Source of the DNA: Camelus ferus
Taxonomy: Eukaryota
Reading direction: 5' to 3'
Length of the DNA: 64,000 bases
Assembly (NCBI RefSeq): GCF_009834535.1
Contig: NC_045717.1
Span: forward strand, 18,290,001 to 18,354,000
The first letter of the stretch is position 1. Each line of letters starts with the position of its first letter. The position numbers and the translations under genes were made by a program. Below are positions 1 to 12,895 of the stretch, piece after piece. The notes under the pieces were generated by a model that was not told where the DNA came from, made no database searches, and saw only the letters and a program-made list of their open reading frames with translations.

Positions 1-238
1 AATTCTTTGTGCTTTGGCTTCTTTGCATGTAAAATGGGACGCCAGTAGCACTCACTTCTAGGGTTATTGTGGTGTTTAAATCAGATCACATAGGTAAGAC
101 GCTTAGCTCAGTGCCTGGGCTAGAGTCGGGATTCACATGTTGGCGGCCATGATCACTGTTGCTACTGTTATTACTCTCATCACCCTAGATTCTCTTCCAA
201 GGTCTAACCACCTTCATTCATCTGATGTTTCTCTGCAG

Positions 239-281
239 AAATATGTTTCCGCCCAACCTTGTGGAGGCCTGCTTCAAACAG
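239..281 (+). CDS. SLC1A6: SLC1A6 (EAAT4) internal coding exon, 43 nt (R-NMFPPNLVEACFKQ)
   Basis: ctgcag acceptor ends at 238 and CAG|gtcagg donor starts at 282. The peptide is the conserved SLC1 NMFPPNLVEACFKQ motif. Upstream exons lie outside the window. Confidence 0.95.
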
Positions 282-814
282 GTCAGGGGGAAGGACACAG
301 TCTGATCAGGAGGTTTGGAGGGTTGGAGGAGCTTGCTACTGAGTGAATGGTCCAGGAGTGAGGGGTGGGAAGAAGGACCTGACAGAGAACCATCTAGGGA
401 CTTTTGGAAGAGGCTGAAAGAAAGACTGGGCTTCCTATTGTTGTGGTGATCAAGGGAAGGTTAGAGAGAAGGACTTCTGCCAAGGTCTGCCTGGGGATGG
501 TACTGAGGGAGGAACCAAGGCTTCTGATTATAGATGGTTGAGGAGACAATCCCCCAAACCTGTTTGACCATTGCCTAGGGAGCTAGTGAAAAATGCAAAA
601 TCTATACATATTTCTCTTATTCATTAGTTATTCAGTCCCTCACTTATCTACTTATCCACTCAATCCACTATGCATTGGTCAAATCATTCATTCAGGGAAT
701 TGAATAAGACTCTTCAGAGTGTAGGAGCTAGGAATTAGTATTGTAAAGAAATATCTCTAGGAGATTCTGATGTATCTGCTGAATTGAGTTTGGGCCAATA
801 TCTCCATATTTCAG

Positions 815-1158
815 TTTAAGACGCAGTACAGCACGAGGTTGGTAACCAGGACCCTTGTGAGGACAGATAATGGATCTGAGCCAGGCACCTCCATGCCTTC
901 TTCATCCTCCATGGAGAATGAAAGCAGCCTCCTGGAAAACGTCACACGGGCCTTGGGCTCCCTGCAGGAGGTGCTGAGCTTTGAGGAGACTGTGCCTGTG
1001 CCTGGCTCAGCCAATGGCATCAACGCCCTGGGTCTTGTGGTCTTCTCTGTGGCCTTTGGGCTGGTCATCGGCGGCATGAAACACAAGGGCCGTGTCCTGC
1101 GGGACTTCTTCGACAGCCTCAATGAGGCTATTATGAGGCTGGTGGGCATCATTATCTG
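815..1158 (+). CDS. SLC1A6: SLC1A6 coding exon (FKTQYSTR...MRLVGIIIW; large glycosylated loop and TM4-5)
   Basis: tttcag acceptor and TG|gtgagt donor. The translation matches EAAT4 ([26 protein letters not shown]) and the phase fits both neighbouring exons. Confidence 0.97.
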
Positions 1159-1279
1159 GTGAGTGCTGGGTTGTGATGGGAGGGGATGGTGGTAATGGTG
1201 CACGGGAAGGATGTTGCCAGCGCTGAGAAGTCAGATTGTGGGGCAGCTGCTGAAGTGGTTGTTGGGACCACTTGGCCAG

Positions 1280-1900
1280 TCATTTATATATACATTGGTT
1301 AATTCACTCACTTATTTATTCACTCATTTGCTCATGCATTTATTCATACCTTTCTGCGGTGATTTATTCACTCATTGACTCCCTTGTTCATCTGATTTAT
1401 TCACTCATTTATTCATTTAATACTTGTTCTTCCATGCATTATTCATTCACTCCCTAAATTATTTATCCATCTATAAATTCTTCTGTAGATTGACCAAATT
1501 GTCCATTCACTCATTTATTAATTTGTATTCATTCTTCCATGCATTGGTTCACTCATCTTATCATTCATTTATTCATTCTTCTGTGAACTGGTTAATTCAT
1601 TCATTTGCTCATAAATTCATTCACAAACTCATCCATGCATTAGTTAATGCATTGATGGAATGATTGATTTCCTAAGTCATTTATGTATCAGACTGATTCT
1701 TTGACCTATCTCTACATTTCTTATTCTCTCATTCACTTAGTCAGATATTCCCTGCATTCATTCACCCATTTGCTGAATACACTTATTCATTCACCCACCC
1801 ATTATTCATGTCTCATTTGCTTATTTTCTTACTCATTTATCCACTCTCTCATTATTTCATAATTGATTGATTCACTCATTCTTTAAACTGCTTCACCCAC
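1280..1900. repeat. Degenerate (TTCA/TCAT)n low-complexity tract, expanded tail of an antisense L2
   Basis: Dozens of ttcattca/ctcatt units, continuing into L2 3'-end-like sequence at about 1890-2250. Confidence 0.8.
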
Positions 1901-3059
1901 TCAGCAGATATTTTCCCAGGCTGACTTTGTTTTGAACTCTGGAATACAGAGATACATTGAATTTAGTCCTTGTCCTCAAGGACCTCACAAAGTCTTGGAG
2001 GAGACAGATACATATTAGATGAATATAATACAAGGTGGAAGGTTCTGTAGTCAAGAGACATTAAAAAATTATAGGGAAGTAAGCAGCCAGTGAGGGATAT
2101 GCAGTGAGCTCTACCTGGGAAGGGGGGGAGGAAGTCATGGAGAATTCCACGTCTGAGTTGGGCTTTAAAAGGTGAGTAGGAATCCAAGAAGACGGGAGAA
2201 AGGAAGAGGCACTTCAAGCAGAGGGGGTAGAACATGCAAAGCTTGAAAGAACCTGAGTTGTTTGGAGAACATCGAGGAGTTGAAGAAGGTGGGAGTGTAG
2301 GATAAGGTGGGAGTCGTGGTAGAAGATGTTAACAAGGCTGTTTGGTCCCAAACTGGGGAAGAATGTACATCATCCCAAATAATTTGAAAGTTGCACAGGG
2401 TGCTAGAGGCTACACTGAGAGCTTGGAAAAGCAGCTGAGGGAATTGGGAGGGGAAGCTTATTAAGGATAAGCAAGAAGATTGAAGAGAAGTATTGAAAGC
2501 TCAACTGAACTGGGAACCATGAGTTTATAGTCTTATCATTGGCATGTTTGGGAAATTAGCCTTATGTGCCAGGTAGCTGAGACTAGGAGGAAGATGTCAT
2601 GTGCAATTGATCAGAATTGAGGAATTTTGCAGAAGATGAAAGGGAAGGATGGAGGTGAGGGAGTTGGGAAAGGAGTTTGCAGAGTATTCATAGAGGTAGT
2701 TCTAGTGCTGAAGACAACTCAGCAGCCACCCACCAGGGGCAACCCCGAGCCCAGCGTGGGAAACACAGGCGCGGCTGGCGGAGTCCCCTGTATCCTCACT
2801 GCCACAACCTTAGGTTGGATTTCATCGTTTCTGACCCAAGCTATTGCACCAGTTTCCCATGTGATCCCTACCTCTTCCAACACACCCCCATGACACCACC
2901 AGGTGTAGACTTCAATTTCTAAAGAGAGAAATAAGAAATGAAGCCTGGTGACGGGTGAATTATGGCACTGCTGGCAGAAACTCACAAAACTAAGCAATGG
3001 GCTGGTTTGTGGGGAAAACAAGCGAGCCCCTGATGAATTTACTTCTTCTGTCTTCTCTA

Positions 3060-3460
3060 CTGTCACTTTTCACTCACTGCCCTAGCCACACTGGTTTTTC
3101 TCTCTGCTCCTCCAATACTCCTAGCTCATGTTTATCTCAAGGTCTTTGCACAGTGCCCACAATACTCCCCCCTCAGATATACATGGTTCCTTGTCATAAT
3201 TCAGGCCTCAGCTTAAATGTCATCTCTTCAGAGAAGCCCTCCCTGACCACTCATTCTTAAGCAGCCCCACTCAATGACTCTCTTTTGCAGTTATCGCCAC
3301 TTGAAGTTTTTAATTATGTATTTCTCTGTGTATTGCATATCTTCTCTGTTAGAATGTAAGCACCATGAGGGCAGGGACCACGTGACTGGAACATAATGGG
3401 TGCTCAATAAATACTTGATAAATAAATAAATAAATACTAGATAAATAAATAAATAAATAG
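3060..3460 (+). mobile_element. L2 LINE 3' fragment with (TAAA)n tail
   Basis: Typical L2 end (agaatgtaagcaccatgagggcaggga...gtgctcaataaatac) followed by (TAAA)n at 3407-3460. Confidence 0.75.
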
Positions 3461-3994
3461 ATAGTTTGGGAAAGCAGGCTGTTGGAGATGTCTGTGGGAA
3501 ATCCAGGTGAAGTAACTTGGGGCTGGCGAATGAGTGAGAATATACAGTTACAGGAAAGAGTAAATAGGGGCACACAGGTCACAAATGTAGAGTAAAGAAT
3601 TGGGAGCAGAGAATAAGGGAAGTGAGAAGCCCAGAGATAGGGAGTGTCTGTGCAATGTCTAGGGAAGGAATGCTGAAGACAGTGATTATTTGGGGAGACT
3701 TGAATGGGGGAGTGGGTGAAGGGGGACCTTATAAGAGTGTATGTCTTGGAGCTGTAGGAACTTTTCTGCTCTCTGAGGGTGGGCTGTGGGTAAGCAGGAA
3801 GAGAAGCTGGGATGTGTTTGTGGGATCTAGCCCCATTTATTATTGTGTGGGGAAGGTTGGAGTGGAGTAGAATACTGTATGGTTGGGGAGTTGCCTTGCT
3901 CCAGGGTCTATGTGGGGGGAGCCTTGGGGATGCTAGTTCCAGGCTTGTAGGGGAGGTCATGAGGAAGGCCTGACAGGTGTCTGGCTTGGCCCAG

Positions 3995-4228
3995 GTATGC
4001 ACCTGTGGGCATCCTGTTCCTGATTGCTGGCAAGATCCTAGAGATGGAAGACATGGCTGTCCTGGGGGGTCAGCTGGGCATGTACACCTTGACCGTCATC
4101 GTGGGTTTGTTCCTTCATGCCGGTGGCATCCTGCCCCTCATCTACTTCCTCATCACCCATCGGAATCCTTTCCCCTTCATTGGGGGCATACTGCAGGCCC
4201 TCATCACTGCCATGGGCACGTCTTCCAG
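3995..4228 (+). CDS. SLC1A6: SLC1A6 coding exon ([13 protein letters not shown]...ITAMGTSS)
   Basis: cccag|G acceptor and AG|gtacgg donor; 234 nt, in frame; EAAT TM6 to HP1 sequence. Confidence 0.97.
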
Positions 4229-5347
4229 GTACGGCCTTGTCCCCCACCACTGGTACCCTTCCTAGGTTCATTCTTTGTCTTTCTCAGGCTCTCCCAGGAG
4301 TCCCGCCCTTCCTGCCACTACAGAACCTCATCTGGGCTGTATGGGAATGTCAGGGGCTCTTGGAAGTCTCCACTTGCTCAACATCTAGGCACAAATCTTT
4401 GTCCTGGGCTGGGTCTCCTGACTCTTTGTTCTCTGTTTTCTAGTTTCTCCATTTAACATGGAGGGAGAACCAACTGCCAATTTTGGGGTTAGGACAAAGT
4501 TTCCAACATGCCCCATGTTCTTAGTCATTTTCTAGCTCAGAGGGTCTCATTTCCCCTTGAGATGACCTCTGGGAACTCTCTTGGCTTCTTCCTTTTTTTT
4601 TTTTTTTTCGATTCAATGGGTTAATAAAGAGCTCCCCTTTGCCCCATCATCCAAATTCAGAATGATGTGAGAAATATTACTAGAGCCAACCAGATGGAAG
4701 AAAAATATCATTTTTTATTGCTTACAAAACACTGATTGGGAAATGTGCCTTTTGATCTGTGGCCAAGTAGGATTGGTGCCATTGTATCCCAGAATTCAAC
4801 TCAAGTTGTTGCCACAGATGTGGACACCAAAGGATCCTCTTTGTGGGTCCAGGCTTCTCACTGGATGACATGAAGCTGACCAGACAGAACCCATGTTTTA
4901 TAGACCAGTTGATCCCAGGTGGGGAGAGAGACCTAGAAGTTTAGTGTAACTGAGGTCACTCCCTGAGTGAACATGGAAAGTGGGGAATAGGGGTCTTCTG
5001 TAACACCCTCTCTTAGCCCTGATGTGTGGGAGCTCATAAGACCCTTAGTATCCGTTCTGGGAGTGAATAGTTAGAGCAGTGGCATGAACCAATGTCTAGT
5101 GAGTAGGCTTAAACTATTGAATTTAAGTGGGTCAAAAGACCTTCAGCCTTGGGGACCGCATTGCTGTGTGCTTTCTGTGTCAGGAGTCCCTCTCCCCCAT
5201 GCACGGCTACCAGCTTCTGAAATGTCATATGCCTGCCATCTTCCCCTTCCACTAGCCCCCACCATGTCTCCCAGTGTTCTCATGGGGTGGCCTTCCCTTG
5301 GCCCATTGCCACCCCGTGTGCTCAGCCCCTGGGGCTCTCTCCCCCAG

Positions 5348-5542
5348 CTCTGCGACACTGCCCATCACCTTCCGCTGTCTGGAAGAGGGCCTGGGCGTGG
5401 ACCGCCGCATCACGAGGTTCGTGCTGCCCGTGGGGGCCACCGTCAACATGGACGGCACTGCCCTTTATGAGGCCCTGGCCGCTATCTTCATTGCCCAAGT
5501 CAACAACTACGAGCTCAACCTGGGCCAGATCACAACCATCAG
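5348..5542 (+). CDS. SLC1A6: SLC1A6 coding exon (SSATLPITF...NMDGT...QITTIS)
   Basis: ccccag acceptor and AG|gtgagc donor; 195 nt; contains the NMDGT motif of TM7. Confidence 0.97.
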
Positions 5543-5989
5543 GTGAGCAGCCCTTGGGTGTTTCCTGCCACAGGTGGGACCGAAGAAGCCATCAGCTTGG
5601 CCGAGGAGGAGGGAGCTACGGCTGGAGGTAAAGATGTTGGAGAGGGTATGTGGGAAGGGTCTAGTCACCCGTACTGGAAGAGGTTAAAGGTGAGACTTTG
5701 CAACCTGAGGCTGATGTTCAGGTCAGTTCTTCTTTCACATGCTATTGTGATAGATCCTTTGGTCCAGCGTTTTCCAAAGTATGGCTGGTGCATCCTAATA
5801 ACTGAGATTCTTGTTATAAATATGGATACTGGGCCCCATCACCCAGCAGTTTCAATTTAGTCATTCTAAAAATAACAGCAAAGATTATCATCTCCTTCAG
5901 CTCTTTGCTCCAGTGTCCCCCTTTCAGGGACGCATTCCCTGAATATCCTATTTAAAACTGCATGTCTGGACTTTCTTGGGCTGAAACAT

Positions 5990-6370
5990 TTCCCCTTAGA
6001 ACCATGTGCCTTAGTATATATTTTACTTATTCATCTTGCTTATTGCTTGCTCCTTCCCCCCGCCACTAGAATGTAAGCTCCATTTTGAGCAGGATTTTTT
6101 TTTTCCTATGGGAATTTGTTTTAGGTGTTTAGCACATGGTAAATGCTCAATAAATATGAGTTGAAGGAGTGAATTTATTGAAGGCTCTGTAAACAGTCTT
6201 GTGCAAAGTGCCTCTGTGCCCATTAGTTTGATCCTCTTAAGACCCCATGAGGTGGATAGAATTATCATTATTGTTTTAGAGGGTAAGAAATGGAAGTTGA
6301 GGCAGGTTAAGTTACTTGCCCAAGATCACATAATAGGAAGTGGTGGGTTCTTGAACCAGTGTTGTTAACT
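5990..6370. mobile_element. L2 3' fragment followed by MIR
   Basis: actagaatgtaagctcc...atgctcaataaata (L2), then gaggcaggttaagttacttgcccaagatcaca (MIR core). Confidence 0.7.
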
Positions 6371-7404
6371 GCAGAGCGCAGGATGGGAGGAGGGATGGAT
6401 GGGGAGTGGGAGGAAGGAGCATGCATTTAAGGAGCTGGGCTGGGAAGCAGGGGTACCTCTGGGCAATGGTGTGAGATTCTCCTGCCCAGGTGGAGAGTGT
6501 GAGTCAACAGACTCTACCTTCTTCTGTCCCACAATCAGCAACCTCTTGATGTCTTCATGTGGGCATGAAGCACTTGGAGTTCATGGGGCTGTGGTTCTCT
6601 ATTCCCCGTGGCCCCTGAAACAGGTCTCATAAATACTGGGTATTGGAGGCTAGCCTCATGTCCAATCAGCCAGAAAATATTTATTGTAGTAGTATGCCCA
6701 GGATCTGGGAATATAGCTGTGAGCAATACACTCACGGTCCTGTATTAGGTCTGTTTGGAAATCAGATGACACAGACAATTCTGGATTTGGGGAAGGCTTC
6801 ATTGAGGGTTTTCCTCATGGCTTGGGCTCCTGGTAGTAAGGACTCTGCACGGACTCCCAACAAAGGCTGACTGGGATGTGCTGGACACAACTCTCCAATG
6901 CTCTAATCTTGTGCAGGAATTTTTTGAAAGAAAAAGAGATTCAGTGTGACTCCTGCGCTGAGAGAGACCCAGGGGCCAGTTTATTAGATTGTCTCCATAT
7001 CCTTAGGAAAAACAAACTTGGAAAGATTTGCAGTAATTTTGTGGGTGTGGGTTTGCCTTTGTTGGTTCCCTCCTTGCCCAAATATTCATTTGGTATCTAC
7101 ATGCCAGGCATTGTGCTTGGCACTTGGAGGACCTAAAGAGGTGAGAGGCATGAACCCTGCTTGGAAGGAGTCCCCAGTCTATAAGAGGGACCACAAATAA
7201 ACTAAACATTCCCACGTGGTCTGCTAAGTGCTGTGTTGGGGAAGCCATGTGCTGTGGGAGGAGACACCTGACCCAGTCTTGGAGAGGAGGCAGTGAGTGA
7301 AGCTCTCATAGACAGGTAACACCAGAACTGAATGTGGAAGGAGGGATAGGACCTGGCCAGGTGGAAAGGAGGGACATGGGTAAAGGGAATCATGATATTT
7401 GAGA

Positions 7405-7583
7405 GCAGTGGATCTCAAAGTAGACCAGCAGCAGCAGCCTCTGGGAACCCGCTAGAAAATGTAAATTCTTAGACCTCACTGCAGTCCTAATGAAGCAGAA
7501 ATTCTGGGATAGAGCCCAGCTGTCTGTATTTTAACTAACCTTCTAAGTGATTCTGATGCACAGTTAAGTTGGAGAACCACTAG
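7405..7583. mobile_element. MER5A-like hAT DNA transposon
   Basis: Termini cagtggatctcaaa...ttggagaaccact and the typical internal tgtattttaac...gtgattctgatgcac. Confidence 0.75.
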
Positions 7584-7839
7584 GGGGCTCATTAAGGCTG
7601 GGGTTTAGAAGGAATGTAGGGGAGTAGAAGGACATGGGTCTGGAAAGATGGCGGGGGCAAGCTCAGGAAGCCCCCAGTGCCAAAAGTTCCAACCTAACAG
7701 CAGATATTTTTTAAAAAGTGTTGAATGCTTTCTAAAGGGCAAGTTCTGTGAGGAGACTGAGGGGTGAAGAAGAAAAAAATAAGACATGGTTCCTGAACCC
7801 AGGGAAGATCCAATCCAATGAAGGAAAAAGCCACACAAA

Positions 7840-7933
7840 TGATGGTGATGAGGATGATGATGACAGTGATGGTGATGATGATGTTGATTATGGTGGTGAT
7901 GGTGGTGATGATAGTGATGGTAGTGATAATCAT
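7840..7933. repeat. Imperfect (GAT/GGT)n trinucleotide repeat
   Basis: gatggtgatgaggatgatgatgac...gatagtgatggtagtgat. Confidence 0.9.
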
Positions 7934-9860
7934 GTTGCCTTCTACCTCAGGGGGGATCATCGAGGTTACTGGGTGTGAATGGACCCAACTTTCTGCTCCC
8001 ACAACTCTAATGTATTGTGGTATATACATCCATCCATGCTTCCTTCCCCCTAATCTCAGTTTAAACTCTGTTCAAAACTCATTCCTCTGCCACCCCCAAA
8101 TCTCGTTCCTCCTATCTTCTCACTCTGTCCCCCATTCTATTGCTTATTTGTATTTTCAACTCCATTGCCTCTACTTGACGTTTCTCTGTAGCATGTGAAG
8201 CCATGCTGATGTCTCTCACATATTATAAAAATAAAGACTTTATACCTAGAATGGTAATGATCTCAGGGAAGCTGGACTCCAGCGCCCATGCTCTTTAGTG
8301 GAGCATCCCACCCTCCCTGACAGCTATATGCCCCTCTTGGCTACGTAGGGATTGTGGATGAAAGCAGGTACCACAACATCACATAGCATAGTACAAAGCT
8401 GGCTTGGTTGGAAATACTTATAACTAGGGTCCCCAGCAGGATAGAGTGCTCTCTCTTTTTATAGGGGTTCTGAGAGACCACCTTGTAAATAAGGAAAACA
8501 CTCTGAACTTGGGTCTCAATGTCTTAGGGGATGTTCAGGGATACCGCTTACATCTGGACCCTATGGCTAATACCAGTGCCTAGACCCCCAGAGGTTGCCA
8601 CTGGGTCCTCCTTCAAACAGTCTTTGGTTGGGATATAGGAAGCCTTTTCTAGGGGAAACCAAGGATGCAGTGAAGATGATAGAAAATAATTTCAAAGGAA
8701 CACATTTTTATTTGCTTGTCTGTCTAAGTTAGGGTCCCAGACATTGCAGTGGGCACTTTTCATGGGAAGCTTTGACATCTTTGGGAGTAGGGAAGTCATC
8801 AAAAAGGGTAAGGATTGGAGATTTTGAGGGGTGTTCTTAAATGGACCAGGGAACTGAGCATTACTTCTAGTTTTTTCCTGAGAGTCTATGGAAAGAGCTT
8901 TGTGGCAATGGCCAGCTTGAGATCCATCAGGCAATGCTTCAGAATTTAGTGGCAGATTGCGTTTGGATGGTTGGGGGTTCCTAGCTTGGACCAAATCCAA
9001 AACTTGCCCAAAGAAGTTTGAGTTGGCTTCTTGGATCCAGGTAGAATTACCTCATCCCTTTGAGAGCATGATGCCTGCCTCCCAAGGGCATGCCCGGATC
9101 ACTGTTTATGCCAGGGCCAGCTCTTGGAAGAGATATTCTCTCTCACTTAGGATAATGGTAATAATCATTTTTGGGACCCCATTCTCAAAGTGCTGTTCTC
9201 TCTTGATGCTCATAATAACCCCTCAAGTGAGGTATATGTCTTTCATTCTATAGATGAAGAAGTGTAGGCTCTGAGTTTATGTCCAAGGGTGTATAGCTAA
9301 TGAATAAAGTCTGCTGGACCCCAAAGTCCATTCTCTGTTCACCAACCCAAGTGTTTGCTCAATCACTGTTCTGATATAGACATCATCTGGGTTAAGCATC
9401 CTGAGTAGCTCCAATGTTCATGATTATAGAATTTGGGAAGGGGCTTCAGAGGTCACCAGGAAGAGGGGCTTCAACCTCAGGGCCCAACACCTTTCCTGGC
9501 AAGCTCAGTGGTTTTATAATTTTTCTTAGCACACCTGCTTGGCATCTGAATTGATGCTGGAGCTAAAATCTAGCCTACTTCTTGATCTGGTCTGACCCTC
9601 TACTTAATGGTGGACCACCATCTTTTTTGTTTGCTATGTGTCTTACCTTTAGTTTTCCCAAACCATATATATGTAAATGTATAATTTTTTAAAAATTTAC
9701 TCAACACTATAGACAGTTTTTTTCTTTAAACTCTAAACTTGGCCCACCTTCCAGAGTTCCATTCCTGGCGACTGGACCTGTCTATACTGATCTGCCTACT
9801 TCTAGTCTATGCATACACAGGAAACTCAAGCTCCTGTTTCACAATTGCTGCCTGAGTTGA

Positions 9861-10307
<447 letters not shown>

Positions 10308-11071
10308 TGAGTGCCTGCAGACTCTGGTGCTATGTCTCCTTGAACCCTCTGCTTTCCCTGCGAGACTCACTACCCACGGTCTCTCATTCCAGCAAGGACA
10401 GACTTCTAGAATTTTAGAGTGAAAATGAGGCCTTGGAAAATACTACAAGCCATTGCCTTTGGATCCCAAATTCCATAGTTAACCTTGGGAAGCAGGGCAG
10501 GGAGGAGATAAGCCATGAGGGCTTTACCCATCATCCAGAAAATGCCTGTTACACCCGTTTTATATAGAAGTCAGAAAAAGATGATCCATGGAGGCAGCGT
10601 GGCTTGCAAAAGTTTTTAAAAAATTCTCAACTTTTAAAAACATATACTTTTTTTTTACATATAAAAGTCTGGACTTTTGTCCCAACATGGGAACTGTCAG
10701 CTGGATCTGACTCCCATTCAGATGGTCTCCTGGGCTTATTTACTCACAGTGGTTTCCTTCCTCATCCAATGTACTGTTCAGCTCATGACCCCTAATTTTC
10801 TGTATCAGATGATTACATTTTTTTAAAAGAATTGCATTGCTAAAGTCAAACTTGAGCATGTCAGAGGTTGGTCCAACCAGCATTAGTTAGGAGGGGAAAT
10901 GGAGGACAAAGAGAGGGAGGGACCTGTTTGGGTTTATGCGGTTGTGGATTGAACTGAAATGTGAGCCCCAACTCCCAGGCACAAGTAGTCCCCCGCTGCT
11001 TCACCCTCTTCTCTGCGGAGTTCCTCAAACTTTGACTAAAGGCAGCTTCTCTCTTCCCCTTCCCTCCCCAG

Positions 11072-11267
11072 TGACCGACTTCGCACGATGACCAATGTGC
11101 TGGGGGACTCTATCGGAGCAGCTGTCATTGAGCATTTGTCACAGCGGGAGCTGGAGCTGCAGGAGGCTGAGCTCACCCTCCCCAGCCTGGGGAAGCCCTA
11201 CAAGTCGCTCATGGCGCAAGAGAAGGGGGCGTCCAGGGGACGAGGAGGCAACGAGAGTGCCATGTGA
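11072..11267 (+). CDS. SLC1A6: SLC1A6 terminal coding exon ([12 protein letters not shown]...GGNESAM-stop)
   Basis: ccccag acceptor; the C-terminus is EAAT4-specific ([24 protein letters not shown]); TGA at 11265-11267. Confidence 0.97.
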
Positions 11268-11617
11268 GGGCCCCCAGCTCTGCCGTCCAGAGGGAAGCAA
11301 AGGGGCCCGGGGAGGTGTTCCTGGGGAAGACCCACTTCCTGAGTGACTGTGCAATGAACACACATCTTTCCAGCGTGTTTGGGGAAAAATGACATAAAGG
11401 AGCAGGACTGAAAAATGTCTAAGGTGTTTGTTTCTCTCTGAGCATATGCTGAGAATTTGTGGGAGGGCTGTGAGCAAGGCAGGGGAGGAAATGTTTTCCC
11501 TGGGATTGGGGGTAAGGGAAGCTTCAGGTTCAACAAGGTGAGGGATCAGCTCACGTTCCTCAATTTCTCAAGGACTGGTGGAACTGTAGAAGGTAAAGGA
11601 AAACCACTGTTTCTCAT

Positions 11618-11623
11618 AATAAA
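11618..11623 (+). terminator. Probable SLC1A6 polyadenylation signal AATAAA
   Basis: First AATAAA after the stop, about 350 nt downstream, followed by a GU-containing tract near 11640. Confidence 0.65.
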
Positions 11624-11642
11624 ACCATATCCATGGCCTCTG

Positions 11643-12259
11643 TGTCGGGGGTCCCCAAGATCACCTTCAGGCTCGATGATATGATACAAGAACTCACAGA
11701 ACTCGAAAAAGCTGTGATGCTCACATTTATGGTTTATTGCAGTGAAATGACACAGATTAAAATCAGCAGAGGCAAAAAGTGACTGGGACAGGGGCCAAGA
11801 GAGACCAGGTGTGAGCTCCCAACTCTGCTCTCCCAGTGGAACTGCATGGACAGTACTTAATTCTCCCAGCAACGATGGGTCACAACACGTATGAAGCCAA
11901 CCAGGGGAGCCCACCTGAGCCTTGGTGCCCAGAGTTTTCATCAAGGTCTGTCACATAGGCGTTGGGTACCCTCTGACCTGCATGACTCATTCTTTACTTC
12001 CCTCAGAGGTCAAACTAATACAGCACTGCCCAGGGCCCCAGGTGAACAAAAGCAGGTATTCACCATCAGCTACACTGTCAGCATAGGCCACCTGGCTTGG
12101 CTTAAGGCCCTAGGTAAACAGAAAGACTTTTTTTCTGGCAGGATAGTCCAGGGGCTCAGAGATCGTCTTTCAGGAGGCTGTCTAGGGCCAGTCCTTTCTT
12201 TGGGTTGTGCAGGCTTTGAGCACCCCTTATTCTCTGTGTGAACCCTTTGCTTCAAACAC
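11643..12259 (-). mobile_element. MER21-type solo LTR
   Basis: tgtcgggggtccccaagatcaccttcaggctcgatgat...gaactcacagaactc...ttaattctcccagcaacg resembles the reverse complement of MER21C as recalled; minus-strand AATAAA at 11733-11738. Confidence 0.7.
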
Positions 12260-12895
12260 CTGATAACTGGAAATAGAGGAAGTAGCTCCCATGGGGGTGA
12301 GTATTTGGGACTTGTAGCACCAGCTTTTGACGTTTTAGACCAATTGACTTGGACATCCCCGTGCTGGCCTCAGGGGGCTCTGTCTCCTTACTATATAAGG
12401 GTGGACCTTGGCCTCTTAGCATTATTTTCTTGCAGCCTAATGAACCAGGTGGGACATTATATGAGACCTTGCTAAAGGTCTGGGGAAAACACAAGTTAAG
12501 TGAACAGAGAGTAACATGATTCTAGTTGCCATGTGTATAACTCAACTTCATGACTCTTTTGTTCAGGAAACATGACATTAACTTTTTCTAAATCATATTA
12601 GGCTTCACTTGAGCATCCACCTCTCCCAAAGAAGGGAGGTAAATTCAGGCATGATTCACCTCATGTTTTAAGAAATTTGTGTCATTCCTGAAGACAACTG
12701 AGAAAATACCAGGTTCTATTCATGACATTAAAATGACTGATTACAAAGTGGAAAAGGGAACTCAAGATATAACTTGAAGGAAAATAGAGAGGGCAGTGAA
12801 GACCCAAGGAAAGTTATGCTTTAAAAACATGAATATTAGGAAAGATAAAAATATTAAATGAAGGAAATGGTCCTCAGTATTGTGCACCTAGTTAC

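Noticed and set aside
1272-1663. His/Ser/Ile-rich ORFs
   Set aside because: Products of the (TTCA)n low-complexity tract.
3349-4002. 217-aa minus-strand ORF
   Set aside because: No recognisable domain; lies in purine-rich SLC1A6 intron and L2 tail; chance ORF.
7694-8198. Met/Val-rich, Asp-rich and Ile/Thr-rich ORFs
   Set aside because: Translations of the (GAT/GGT)n repeat.
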